From NCBI RefSeq assembly GCF_000026545.1, contig NC_011601.1: a DNA stretch of 64,000 nucleotides, one strand, 5' to 3'. Within the stretch, counting starts at the first letter, position 1. Every line of letters begins with the position of its first letter. The position numbers and the translations under genes were made by a program. The notes beneath the pieces were generated by a model. That model had not been told where the DNA came from. It saw only the letters and a program-made list of their open reading frames with translations, and did no database searches. This DNA comes from Escherichia coli O127:H6 str. E2348/69 (lineage in GTDB: Bacteria > Pseudomonadota > Gammaproteobacteria > Enterobacterales > Enterobacteriaceae). Below are positions 46,941 through 55,281 of this stretch, one piece after another.

Positions 46941-49763
46941 ATGACGGCAGAGTACATCAGGGACTGGCAACAACCGCGCCACGCAGTGGGGCGTGAAGGA
47001 ACGGGGATCCCCGCTCCTGAATCCGCGCTTTCCTCCTGGCTGGATGCCTACCGGGCAGAGAACGAGCACCGCCAGGAAATGGCTGATGCGGCGTTCTCCG
47101 CCACGCCGCTGGGCAACCTGATTAATAAAAGCCTGGACGCACAGGAAAAACAGGACAAAACCATCACACTGGCAGGAGACGCCAGAAAACAGGCACGCGG
47201 CGCGGTGGATGAAGCCATGGCCTCGCTGCGCCTGCTGCCGTCCTATCTGCGCGATCCGCTTATTCGCCACCTCTCCTTCCTGCGCAAAAAACAGGAAGCC
47301 GATCGTCAGAAAGGAAAAAACGCCAGGCAGGCAGAACGCTATGCGCGTGGGACCCTGCGCAAAATATTCGAACGTCTGGAGCGCACCGATCACCGCTGGC
47401 TGACACCGGGTTATCGCTCCCTTGCCGGACGCGAACGCCTGGACGATTTGCTTTACCTGCCGCAGCTCAACAAACACCAGATAAAGACGCTGGCAACCAT
47501 GACGGCGGCGATGTTCAGCAGCACCTTCGAAAAACTCTGCGATGGCTTTGGCGCGACCGATGGCGAGCTGACCATGGATGTAACCCTGAAGGCGTATCAG
47601 ATGCTGGCCCGCATGGCGTTACACCTGCACGCCATGCCTCCACATTATGACGCACTGACAACAGACAAAGACCGGAGGAACGAACCGGACACGGAGCTGC
47701 TGCCGGGCGCAATCCTTCGCCTGACCTGTGCGGAATGGTGGAAACGCAAACTGTGGCTGTTACGTTGCGAGTGGAGAGAAGAACAACTCCGCGCCGCCTG
47801 TCTGGTTTCCAGAAAAACATCGCCCTATCTGAGCCAGGACGCGTTAAGCGAGTTTCGCGCACAGCGCGAGAAAACACGCGATTTCCTGAAAAGTTTCATG
47901 CTGGAAAACGAAGACGGGTTCACGATTGATCTCGAGACAGTGTATTACGCGGGAGTAAGTAACCCGGTTCACCGTAAGGCAGAAATGATGGCCACCATGA
48001 AGGGACTGGAACTTCTGGCCGAAGCCCGTGGCGACAGAGCGGTGTTTCTGACTGTCACCTGCCCGTCAAAATACCACGCAACAACGGAGAACGGTCATCC
48101 GAACCCCAAATGGAACGGGGCCACCATGCGCGACTCCAGCGATTACCTGGTTAACACGTTTTTTGCGGCGGTCCGCAAAAAACTGAACCGCGACGGCCTG
48201 CGCTGGTATGGCATCCGCACGGTGGAGCCTCACCATGACGGCACCGTGCACTGGCATATGATGGTCTTTGCTCATCCGGAAGAAATCGACAGCATCGTGA
48301 CCATCACCCGCGATATTGCCATTCAGGAAGACCGCCACGAGCTGGGCAATGATATTACTCCGCGCTTTAAGGTGGAGTACGTCGACGGCACCAAAGGCAC
48401 GCCAACCAGCTACATCGCCACCTACATCGGAAAAAACCTGGACAGCCGCGCCGTGGATGGCATCGACCCGAAAACGGGCAAACCACGCGTTGACCACGAA
48501 ACCGGAAAATCAATGGCCGAGAGCGTGGAGCGCGCCATCGGTTGGGCACGCCTTCACCGGGTCCGCCAGTTCCAGTTCTTTGGCATCCCCTCCCGTCAGG
48601 TGTGGCGTGAACTCCGCCGCCTTGCCAGCCAGATGGCACGCAACCCGGAAGGCCCGCAACGGCTGAAGGATGACGCAATGGATGCGGTACTCGCTGCCGC
48701 TGATGCCGGATGTTTTGCCACCTACATAGAGAAACAGGGCGGTGTACTTGTTCCACGCAAAGACTACCTGATTCGCACCGCCTACGACCTCGCCGATGAG
48801 CTGAACGATTACGGCGAACAGAGTGTACAGATTTACGGGATCTGGTCACCACTCATCGGGGAATCCTCCCGTGTGTGCACGCACCCGGATAACTGGAAGC
48901 TGGTAAGACGTAAACCGGAACAGGAAGGCAGCGCCCACGAAAATGGTTTTGACCTTCAGGGCGGCCCTGCCGCCCCTTGGACTCGTGGCAATAACTGTCC
49001 CCGTGTACAGGAAACGGACAACAACGGGACAGAACAGCCGGAAGAACGGCCAGCACCGTGGCCGCAGCTCCCTGACGGCGTTGAAGTGAACGAATGGGTG
49101 CGCTCACTGAAACGGCACGAACGCCGGGCGCTGATGCGTTCGCTTCGTGACAAACAGGCAAAAAACAGCAGTGATGAAATGCAGAGCTGGACACAGAGCC
49201 GCAAACAGCAGCGGCCTTTGCCTGATAACCACGAATTACTCGCTAAAGAATGGCGGGAGTCTGCTGAATCTCTCGGCCTGCATATCGGTGAACAGCAGAT
49301 GCAGCACCTGTTACGGGGCGGCAGCCTGTACGTTGACGGCAGCATCATTGCACCGCAGGGATATGAAATTGTACGTAAACCGGATACCCGCCCGGACAGC
49401 CGAATCACGCAGCTCTGGCAACGCCTGAGCCGTAACCACGGCGTAAGCAGCACGGAGATCCGCCATAACCCGGTCGCCAGCTATCTGGAACAACTAGGGG
49501 CATCAGACCCTGAAGCCGCCGCACGCCTGGCATCCACACTTCAGCAAGACCAGAACACCATGAAAACACCCGTTACCGTACTTTCTGACATGCTGCGCGC
49601 CATCCGCGACGCAGAGCACGAACAGAGAATCAGTGAAACAACTGAACGCGCCCGCCGCAAAGCAGACCTGCTGCGGGGTGGCCTGACCAGTGGAAACAAA
49701 AAACAGACAAAAACGGGATTCACAAATCCCGTAAATGAGCAAAAAACGCGCCGCGATATATGA
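46941..49763 (+). CDS. A: Rolling-circle replication initiator (P2 gpA-like HUH endonuclease), 940 aa
   Basis: HUH motif (GTVHWHMMVF) and Y-x3-Y active-site pair (YIATYIGKN) as in P2 A. Confidence 0.85.
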   Translation: MTAEYIRDWQQPRHAVGREGTGIPAPESALSSWLDAYRAENEHRQEMADAAFSATPLGNLINKSLDAQEKQDKTITLAGDARKQARGAVDEAMASLRLLPSYLRDPLIRHLSFLRKKQEADRQKGKNARQAERYARGTLRKIFERLERTDHRWLTPGYRSLAGRERLDDLLYLPQLNKHQIKTLATMTAAMFSSTFEKLCDGFGATDGELTMDVTLKAYQMLARMALHLHAMPPHYDALTTDKDRRNEPDTELLPGAILRLTCAEWWKRKLWLLRCEWREEQLRAACLVSRKTSPYLSQDALSEFRAQREKTRDFLKSFMLENEDGFTIDLETVYYAGVSNPVHRKAEMMATMKGLELLAEARGDRAVFLTVTCPSKYHATTENGHPNPKWNGATMRDSSDYLVNTFFAAVRKKLNRDGLRWYGIRTVEPHHDGTVHWHMMVFAHPEEIDSIVTITRDIAIQEDRHELGNDITPRFKVEYVDGTKGTPTSYIATYIGKNLDSRAVDGIDPKTGKPRVDHETGKSMAESVERAIGWARLHRVRQFQFFGIPSRQVWRELRRLASQMARNPEGPQRLKDDAMDAVLAAADAGCFATYIEKQGGVLVPRKDYLIRTAYDLADELNDYGEQSVQIYGIWSPLIGESSRVCTHPDNWKLVRRKPEQEGSAHENGFDLQGGPAAPWTRGNNCPRVQETDNNGTEQPEERPAPWPQLPDGVEVNEWVRSLKRHERRALMRSLRDKQAKNSSDEMQSWTQSRKQQRPLPDNHELLAKEWRESAESLGLHIGEQQMQHLLRGGSLYVDGSIIAPQGYEIVRKPDTRPDSRITQLWQRLSRNHGVSSTEIRHNPVASYLEQLGASDPEAAARLASTLQQDQNTMKTPVTVLSDMLRAIRDAEHEQRISETTERARRKADLLRGGLTSGNKKQTKTGFTNPVNEQKTRRDI

Positions 49764-49808
49764 AGCGCGCACAAAACAGGCGAAAACGGGATTTAAAAAT
49801 CCTGTAAC
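49710..49808. repeat. Two ~27-bp near-identical interrupted palindromes (aaaacgggattNANAAATCCNGTAA), candidate parC-like centromere or ori element
   Basis: Copy 1 at ~49710-49736 (inside the 3' end of A), copy 2 at ~49782-49808 (32 bp upstream of parM start). Confidence 0.45.
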
Positions 49809-49839
49809 CGATTAATTAATCAACATAAGGAAAAGCGAC

Positions 49840-50799
49840 ATGAAAATTTGTATCGACGACGGCTCCACCAACATCAAGCTGGCATGGACTGAGAACGGCG
49901 AACACCGCAACGCCATCAGCCCGAACAGCTTCAAGTCGGAATGGTCTGCGCCGTTCGGTGGCACGCAGCCCGCGAACTACATGCTTGATGGCGTGCGCTA
50001 TGGTTTTGATCCGGTCAGCGATCGCTTTGTCCAGACGACCGACACGCAATACCAGTACAGCGATGTGAATGTCATTGCCATTCATCATGCGCTGGTCAAA
50101 TCAGGCATCACGCCACAGGAGGTGGATGTGGTTGTCACCCTGCCACTGAGCGAGTATTTCGACACAAACGCACAGCCGGACATGGCCAACATCAACCGCA
50201 AAAAAGCGAACGTTATGCGCCCGGTGGAGTACCAAAACGGCGAGGCATTCACTATCCGTAACGTGCGGGTTATGCCTGAATCCATTCCGGCTGGCTTTAA
50301 AGCACTGGCTGACATGAGTCCGTTTGAATCCCTGCTGATTGTGGATTTGGGCGGAACCACGCTGGATGTGGCAAAGGTTCAGGGGCAACTGGCAGGTATC
50401 AGCCAGGTGTTTTGCGATCCACACGTAGGCGTTTCTCTGATGGCCGATGCCGTGCTGTCGGTGATGGCCACCAACGGTATGCGCACCAGTCACCACATCG
50501 CCAATACCATTATCGAACATCGCCACGATGAAGCCTGGCTGCGCCAGCACATCCACAATGACGCGCATTACGCCAGCCTGATGGCAGTTATTCGTGAAAA
50601 GGAGGAAACACTGAAACAACGCGTGATCCGCGCGCTGGCGGTTTTTTCGGGTTACGGGCGGGTGATGGTTGTCGGTGGAGGGGCGGAGATTGTGGCACCC
50701 GCTATCCGCGAAGCCTGCGGAGTTAATGCGACTTTCATCGCGGACGGGGTGCCACAGTTTGCTCTGGTTAATGGGCTGTACGCAATGGACAAGGAGTAA
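49840..50799 (+). CDS. parM: ParM/StbA-like actin-type partition ATPase
   Basis: IDDGSTNIKL...ISPNSFK...YSDVNVIAIHHAL...RKKANV...VMPESIPAG...DLGGTTLD...VVGGGAE closely parallels plasmid R1 ParM. Confidence 0.85.
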   Translation: MKICIDDGSTNIKLAWTENGEHRNAISPNSFKSEWSAPFGGTQPANYMLDGVRYGFDPVSDRFVQTTDTQYQYSDVNVIAIHHALVKSGITPQEVDVVVTLPLSEYFDTNAQPDMANINRKKANVMRPVEYQNGEAFTIRNVRVMPESIPAGFKALADMSPFESLLIVDLGGTTLDVAKVQGQLAGISQVFCDPHVGVSLMADAVLSVMATNGMRTSHHIANTIIEHRHDEAWLRQHIHNDAHYASLMAVIREKEETLKQRVIRALAVFSGYGRVMVVGGGAEIVAPAIREACGVNATFIADGVPQFALVNGLYAMDKE

Positions 50800-50803
50800 A
50801 CCA

Positions 50804-51115
50804 ATGACGACTCCAACCAGACGGATAAGTTTCTATCTGAAGCCCACCGCCGTCAAGAACGAAGGAGAAGCATGCGCCTGGCTGGACAGCCTTACACCAG
50901 AAGCCCGCAAAAGCGGCCAACGCGTGGCTTTTCTGGCCGGGCTGGCACTTCTGAAAATGAATCCGGCAGAGGCTTACCGACTGGCTGCATGGGCTGATGA
51001 TGAGGTGTTATCAGTGACACAAACCAAGACAGAACGCCCCGCGTCACAGCCAGTATCAACCGCACAGATAACCAGTCAGATGGCCGGAAATATCCGGGCG
51101 TTATTTCCTGAATAA
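50804..51115 (+). CDS. parR: ParR-like centromere-binding adaptor
   Basis: RRISFYLKP...WLDSLTPEARKSGQRVAFLAGLAL...RALFPE parallels R1 ParR (RTIAFKLNP...TLDSIP..RS..RAALTAGLAL...SLFPKE); internal-Met start. Confidence 0.7.
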   Translation: MTTPTRRISFYLKPTAVKNEGEACAWLDSLTPEARKSGQRVAFLAGLALLKMNPAEAYRLAAWADDEVLSVTQTKTERPASQPVSTAQITSQMAGNIRALFPE

Positions 51116-51493
51116 CATCAGGGCGTATTCGCCCTGCCACCAATCCCATAACATAAAGAACGGGGTGCAAATCACTATACACCCCGTTCCAATACAAACC
51201 ATCAGAAGATCTACACATCTTTCTCAAATGGCCAAGTAATCGAGCTGGTTCAGGAATAAGCATGCTGCCAACACAAGTGAAGGAGATAAAACTGTAGAAC
51301 TGATCAATCGTTGGAAACAAGTATTGACAGTATGTTCGAGTAACCCAACTGGATAGATTTTATGCTGATTATCCATACAGTAAAAAAGTAAGGATACTCT
51401 TTGAATTACGCCAGCAAGAGTGGTAACATTAGTCAATGATTTTCATTAATGTAGTTACCAGCTTACACAAGCTGATGTTTTATTGGGGGTTTT

Positions 51494-52576
51494 ATGGTAA
51501 ACGTGAGGGAGGATGAACTTTTCAAACTCATCGAGCAAGGCATCAAAGGCAACGCAAATGCATTTACACTCCTATGCAGAAAGATGATTAACAACATCCG
51601 TAAAAATGATGAGGCTTTAGCTTCTAAGCTGGCTTCGTTAGTTGCTGAGGGAACAGTATTACGTGGGGCATCTAGTAAGGCTCCTATGCCTGTGGATGGA
51701 GACTCCAGACGAAACCTTTTGCAGGAAACATCTGTCAACGCAATTGTTGAAGAACCTGTATGGAATACGGATATCTCAAAGAAGCTGGAGTCAATTGTTA
51801 ACGAAAGAGAGAATGCGGTTTCTTTGTTCAAAGCTGGTCTTGAACCTGTGAAGACGGTTTTACTTTCTGGCCCGCCAGGCGTAGGCAAAACAATGTCCGC
51901 ACATTGGCTTGCTGCAAAGTTAAATTTACCTCTTTTAACATTGGATCTCTCATCTGTAATGAGTTCTCTTTTGGGAAAAACAGGTAATAATATTAAATCC
52001 GTTATGGATTATGCCAAAGAGAAACCATGTGTCCTTTTGCTTGATGAATTTGATGCTGTTGCAAAAAGACGTGATGATGACAGGGACGTTGGAGAATTAA
52101 AACGTTTAGTTACTGTACTCCTACAGACCATAGATGAGTGGCCAGCGACCTCGCTTCTTGTTGCTGCGACTAATCACCCTGATATCTTAGATCCGGCTGT
52201 TTGGCGTCGATTTGAGCACATCCTTAAATTTAATATGCCATCAGTAGAACTGATAGATAGATATTTAGTCAATCATAATATTGAACCTGAACTATCTAAA
52301 AAACTTGCACCATTATTAGATGGCATGTCCTTTGCCATCATTAACCGTATTTTGAATTTCTCCAAAAAGAATGAGGTACTTAGAAATATTCCATTTGAAA
52401 GCTCATTAATAGAAGCCGTAATTACGGAGAGGGTTTCATTGGATGAGTTTAGCGATAATGATCTCAATATAATTAAATATCATTTTGACGGTTTTTCAAA
52501 TAGGAAGATAGCTGAATTAGTTGGTGTTTCACATCCAACAATCGCGAATAAATTACAAAAGTGGGGGATTAAATGA
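51494..52576 (+). CDS. Classic-clade AAA+ ATPase with C-terminal LuxR/GerE-like HTH (360 aa); candidate defence component
   Basis: Walker A GPPGVGKT (aa 126-133), Walker B LLLDEFD (aa 181-187), sensor-1 ATN, second-region-of-homology-like DILDPAVWRRFEH; C-terminal NRKIAELVGVSHPTIANKLQKWGI HTH. Confidence 0.85.
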   Translation: MVNVREDELFKLIEQGIKGNANAFTLLCRKMINNIRKNDEALASKLASLVAEGTVLRGASSKAPMPVDGDSRRNLLQETSVNAIVEEPVWNTDISKKLESIVNERENAVSLFKAGLEPVKTVLLSGPPGVGKTMSAHWLAAKLNLPLLTLDLSSVMSSLLGKTGNNIKSVMDYAKEKPCVLLLDEFDAVAKRRDDDRDVGELKRLVTVLLQTIDEWPATSLLVAATNHPDILDPAVWRRFEHILKFNMPSVELIDRYLVNHNIEPELSKKLAPLLDGMSFAIINRILNFSKKNEVLRNIPFESSLIEAVITERVSLDEFSDNDLNIIKYHFDGFSNRKIAELVGVSHPTIANKLQKWGIK

Positions 52577-54777
52577 TGGAAAGGAACTTACTTTTAGGTA
52601 ACGGTCATGTTCTGACAAAAAAGGAACCTTTGCCTAAAGGAAGGGATGGTAAGCGCTATCCCTATACTCTTGAAGAAGTAAGGGAGCATTTAAACCCAGA
52701 GATTGATACTTTACTCTCACGCTTTCGCAGTTTGGATGATGCGGCTAAGCCAAGGGGGGAGAGTGTATTCAATTTAACTTTACACCCAGCGTTTTTGGGT
52801 AAAAGCTACTTTCCGGAAGGATTGCTTAGAGCGACAGGTTTACGGGATGTCGGCAGCCGTCAGGTAATCATTCGCCCACGGAAAGCGGCACGTCAGTGCG
52901 ATCAGAATAAGGACTTAGTAACGGCGCAACTGTTTGTTAGCGGTGATGATGATGCCGTTATAAGATTTAAGGAAATTTTAAATTCCCCTACAGCTCCGAA
53001 GGGCGTACAAAAGGATTTGATCGAAATTGAAAGTGTTAGCTTTTTTGAAGGAAAAGAGAGAGCACGCAATTTTGAGCATGCGAAAAGTGATTTGATAAAA
53101 TTTGAAGTGGTTCTTCATGCTGGGGTTGAAGACGATGATATCGTTAAAGCCTATATTAGCTATGCGGCACAATATGATGTCTCTGTTGATTACAAAAGTA
53201 GAATCCAAGTTGGTGGGCTGACTTTCATCGTTGCACACGCGCGACCTGAAGATATGAAAAAAACACTCGATTTTTCATTAATCCGCGTTGTGCGGCCGAT
53301 GCCGTCTCTCAGGTGTACTCAGCCGAACATTGTCAGAAAGTTATCTAATATAGTTACACCGGAGCTCCCTAATTCTAAAGCTGTTCTTGAATCCGAACGT
53401 ATTGCCATTTTTGATGGTGGCTTGGGGACAGCTGACTTGAGTAATTGGGTTACGGAATACGTGTATCCAGACACCAAAGAAACAAGCGGATTATTATTGC
53501 AGCACGGTAATGAAGTGACATCCACTTTCTTATTCGGACGTGTCGAGGAAAATGCACCTTCTTTTAAAAGACCGTTTATGAATGTAGATCATTATAGAGT
53601 TCTTTCACCGACATCAGGTGACAATGGCAATTGGGATTTATTTGATGTCCTTAAGAAAATACAGTCCGTTCTTGATAGTGGTGACTATAAGTTCGCTAAT
53701 CTAAGTATTGGTCCTCATCTTCCAATTGGTGATGATGAGGTTCATGTATGGACTGCTGTTTTAGACCAAATCTGTGCTAAGCATGGGATATTACTTACTG
53801 TTGCTGTTGGGAATGATGGCAATGAGGACGGTGATGCAGCGAGAATACAACCTCCTTCCGATATGGTAAACGCGCTAGCGATTGGTGCTGCTGATCGTAG
53901 CGGTGAAAAATGGGGGCGGGCACCATATAGCTGTATTGGGCCAGGCAGAAGCCCCGGATTCGTTAAACCTGATGGTGTTATTTTTGGTGGAAGCGACGAC
54001 GAGCCTTTTTACACTTACAACCCTCTGCTTGGTTCTATAGTTGGAGTTCAAGGAACCAGTTATGCCTCTCCATTAGCATTGAGAACGGCCGCTGGAGTTG
54101 CGGCTCTATCAGGAACTCCATTGAACACCATTGCATTGAAAGCGTTGCTTGTTCATCATGCTGAAACATCAAGAAAATATTCGCGTGAACATATCGGTTG
54201 GGGACGGTTTAGTGAGGATCCTAACGTTTTAATCGATTGTCCAAATGATACTGCTACAGTAATTTACTATGGTTCATTAGCAAAAAATAAATATTTAAGG
54301 GCACCGATCCCATTCCCTGATGTTCCCTTTGACGAAGCATTTGAGCTTACCGCTACTTTATGCATTCAAACCCCAGTAGATCCTGAACATTCAGTAAACT
54401 ATACAAGGGCCGGTATGCAGGTAACTTTCCGCCCAAGATTCGGCCTTGACGATACCGATACAGATGATTTCTTTGGTCAAAAAAGCCAGTATAAGACTGA
54501 AAGGGAGTGTAGGAGTGAAGGTCATAAGTGGGAAACTTGTTTGCACAGAAGCAAAAAGTTCAGTGCTGATACATTATTAAGCGATCCAGTTTTTGATATA
54601 CGGTATCATGCCCGAGATTCTTCGCGCCATGTTAAGGGAGTTTCAGCCCCTGATATGCAATATGCGATGGTAATAAGCGTAAGGGTAAAAGACTTTGATT
54701 TATATAATGTTATTCGCCAGCGATATACAATTCTGAATCCTATTCAACTGCGCACACAAATTTCTCTCGACACGTAA
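52573..54777 (+). CDS. Subtilisin-like (S8) serine peptidase, 734 aa, no signal peptide; candidate defence effector
   Basis: Catalytic order D-H-N-S: IAIFDGG (D281), HGNEVTS (H311), VAVGNDG (N414), GTSYASPLA (S496); ~270-aa N-terminal and ~230-aa C-terminal regions unassigned; start overlaps ATPase stop (ATGA). Confidence 0.85.
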   Translation: MMERNLLLGNGHVLTKKEPLPKGRDGKRYPYTLEEVREHLNPEIDTLLSRFRSLDDAAKPRGESVFNLTLHPAFLGKSYFPEGLLRATGLRDVGSRQVIIRPRKAARQCDQNKDLVTAQLFVSGDDDAVIRFKEILNSPTAPKGVQKDLIEIESVSFFEGKERARNFEHAKSDLIKFEVVLHAGVEDDDIVKAYISYAAQYDVSVDYKSRIQVGGLTFIVAHARPEDMKKTLDFSLIRVVRPMPSLRCTQPNIVRKLSNIVTPELPNSKAVLESERIAIFDGGLGTADLSNWVTEYVYPDTKETSGLLLQHGNEVTSTFLFGRVEENAPSFKRPFMNVDHYRVLSPTSGDNGNWDLFDVLKKIQSVLDSGDYKFANLSIGPHLPIGDDEVHVWTAVLDQICAKHGILLTVAVGNDGNEDGDAARIQPPSDMVNALAIGAADRSGEKWGRAPYSCIGPGRSPGFVKPDGVIFGGSDDEPFYTYNPLLGSIVGVQGTSYASPLALRTAAGVAALSGTPLNTIALKALLVHHAETSRKYSREHIGWGRFSEDPNVLIDCPNDTATVIYYGSLAKNKYLRAPIPFPDVPFDEAFELTATLCIQTPVDPEHSVNYTRAGMQVTFRPRFGLDDTDTDDFFGQKSQYKTERECRSEGHKWETCLHRSKKFSADTLLSDPVFDIRYHARDSSRHVKGVSAPDMQYAMVISVRVKDFDLYNVIRQRYTILNPIQLRTQISLDT

Positions 54778-54784
54778 TTTTTAT

Positions 54785-54806
54785 GGCCGCGAAAGCGGCC
54801 TTTTTT
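54785..54806 (+). terminator. Rho-independent terminator after the peptidase gene
   Basis: ggccgc-gaaa-gcggcc hairpin followed by T6. Confidence 0.65.
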
Positions 54807-54953
54807 CTGTAATTTTTTTATGAATTTACATGCACGATAGTGCACAAATTTGCACAATTTTTTTGAACGAATTTTTGCCCTTCTGGCCCGCGTGGCGGCT
54901 GGATCCGTCAGGGATCCGTGCGTGCACAAAAAAACGCGCTTTTTCTGCGCGCA

Positions 54954-54972
54954 GGTGACGGGGGAACAGCCC
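54954..54972. other. Candidate cos (cohesive-end) site
   Basis: ggtgacgggggaacagc resembles the P2/186 cos core GGCG(A/T)GGCGGGGAAAGCA(C/T) and lies at the expected place upstream of the Q 3' end. Confidence 0.3.
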
Positions 54973-55281
54973 GCGTTTCAGGGGGTAAATAGCATCCCCT
55001 GAACGATGTCGCAGCGACACAACAGAATGGCTGTATTTCTCACGCTGAGCGTGAAAAAGACGTGAGGGCTTTTGATTTGATGGGGTGACAGATAAGGCCG
55101 TCAAAATCGCACTGAGGCGGCGAGAACATGCAGTCAACGCGGTGGGATTGCGTAAGAGCCTGACCGTCGATGATGGCGATAAGCTGGAAGACGTCGTGAA
55201 ATTATCTGATTGATACAGGAGCTGGAGAGTCGGGGCATAAATTTTTTATGCCCCGACGAAGCAGCAGACAAGCGAAGCGCG

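Noticed and set aside
49840-51115. Considered whether ParM/ParR form part of the defence cassette downstream
   Set aside because: No known functional link; they are separated from the ATPase gene by a 378-bp AT-rich leader and have different composition, so kept as a separate partition module
54826-55137. 103-aa minus-strand ORF in the region between the peptidase terminator and Q
   Set aside because: It overlaps the repeat-rich cos-like region, has no RBS or family resemblance, and its product is Arg/Ser-rich; treated as non-coding
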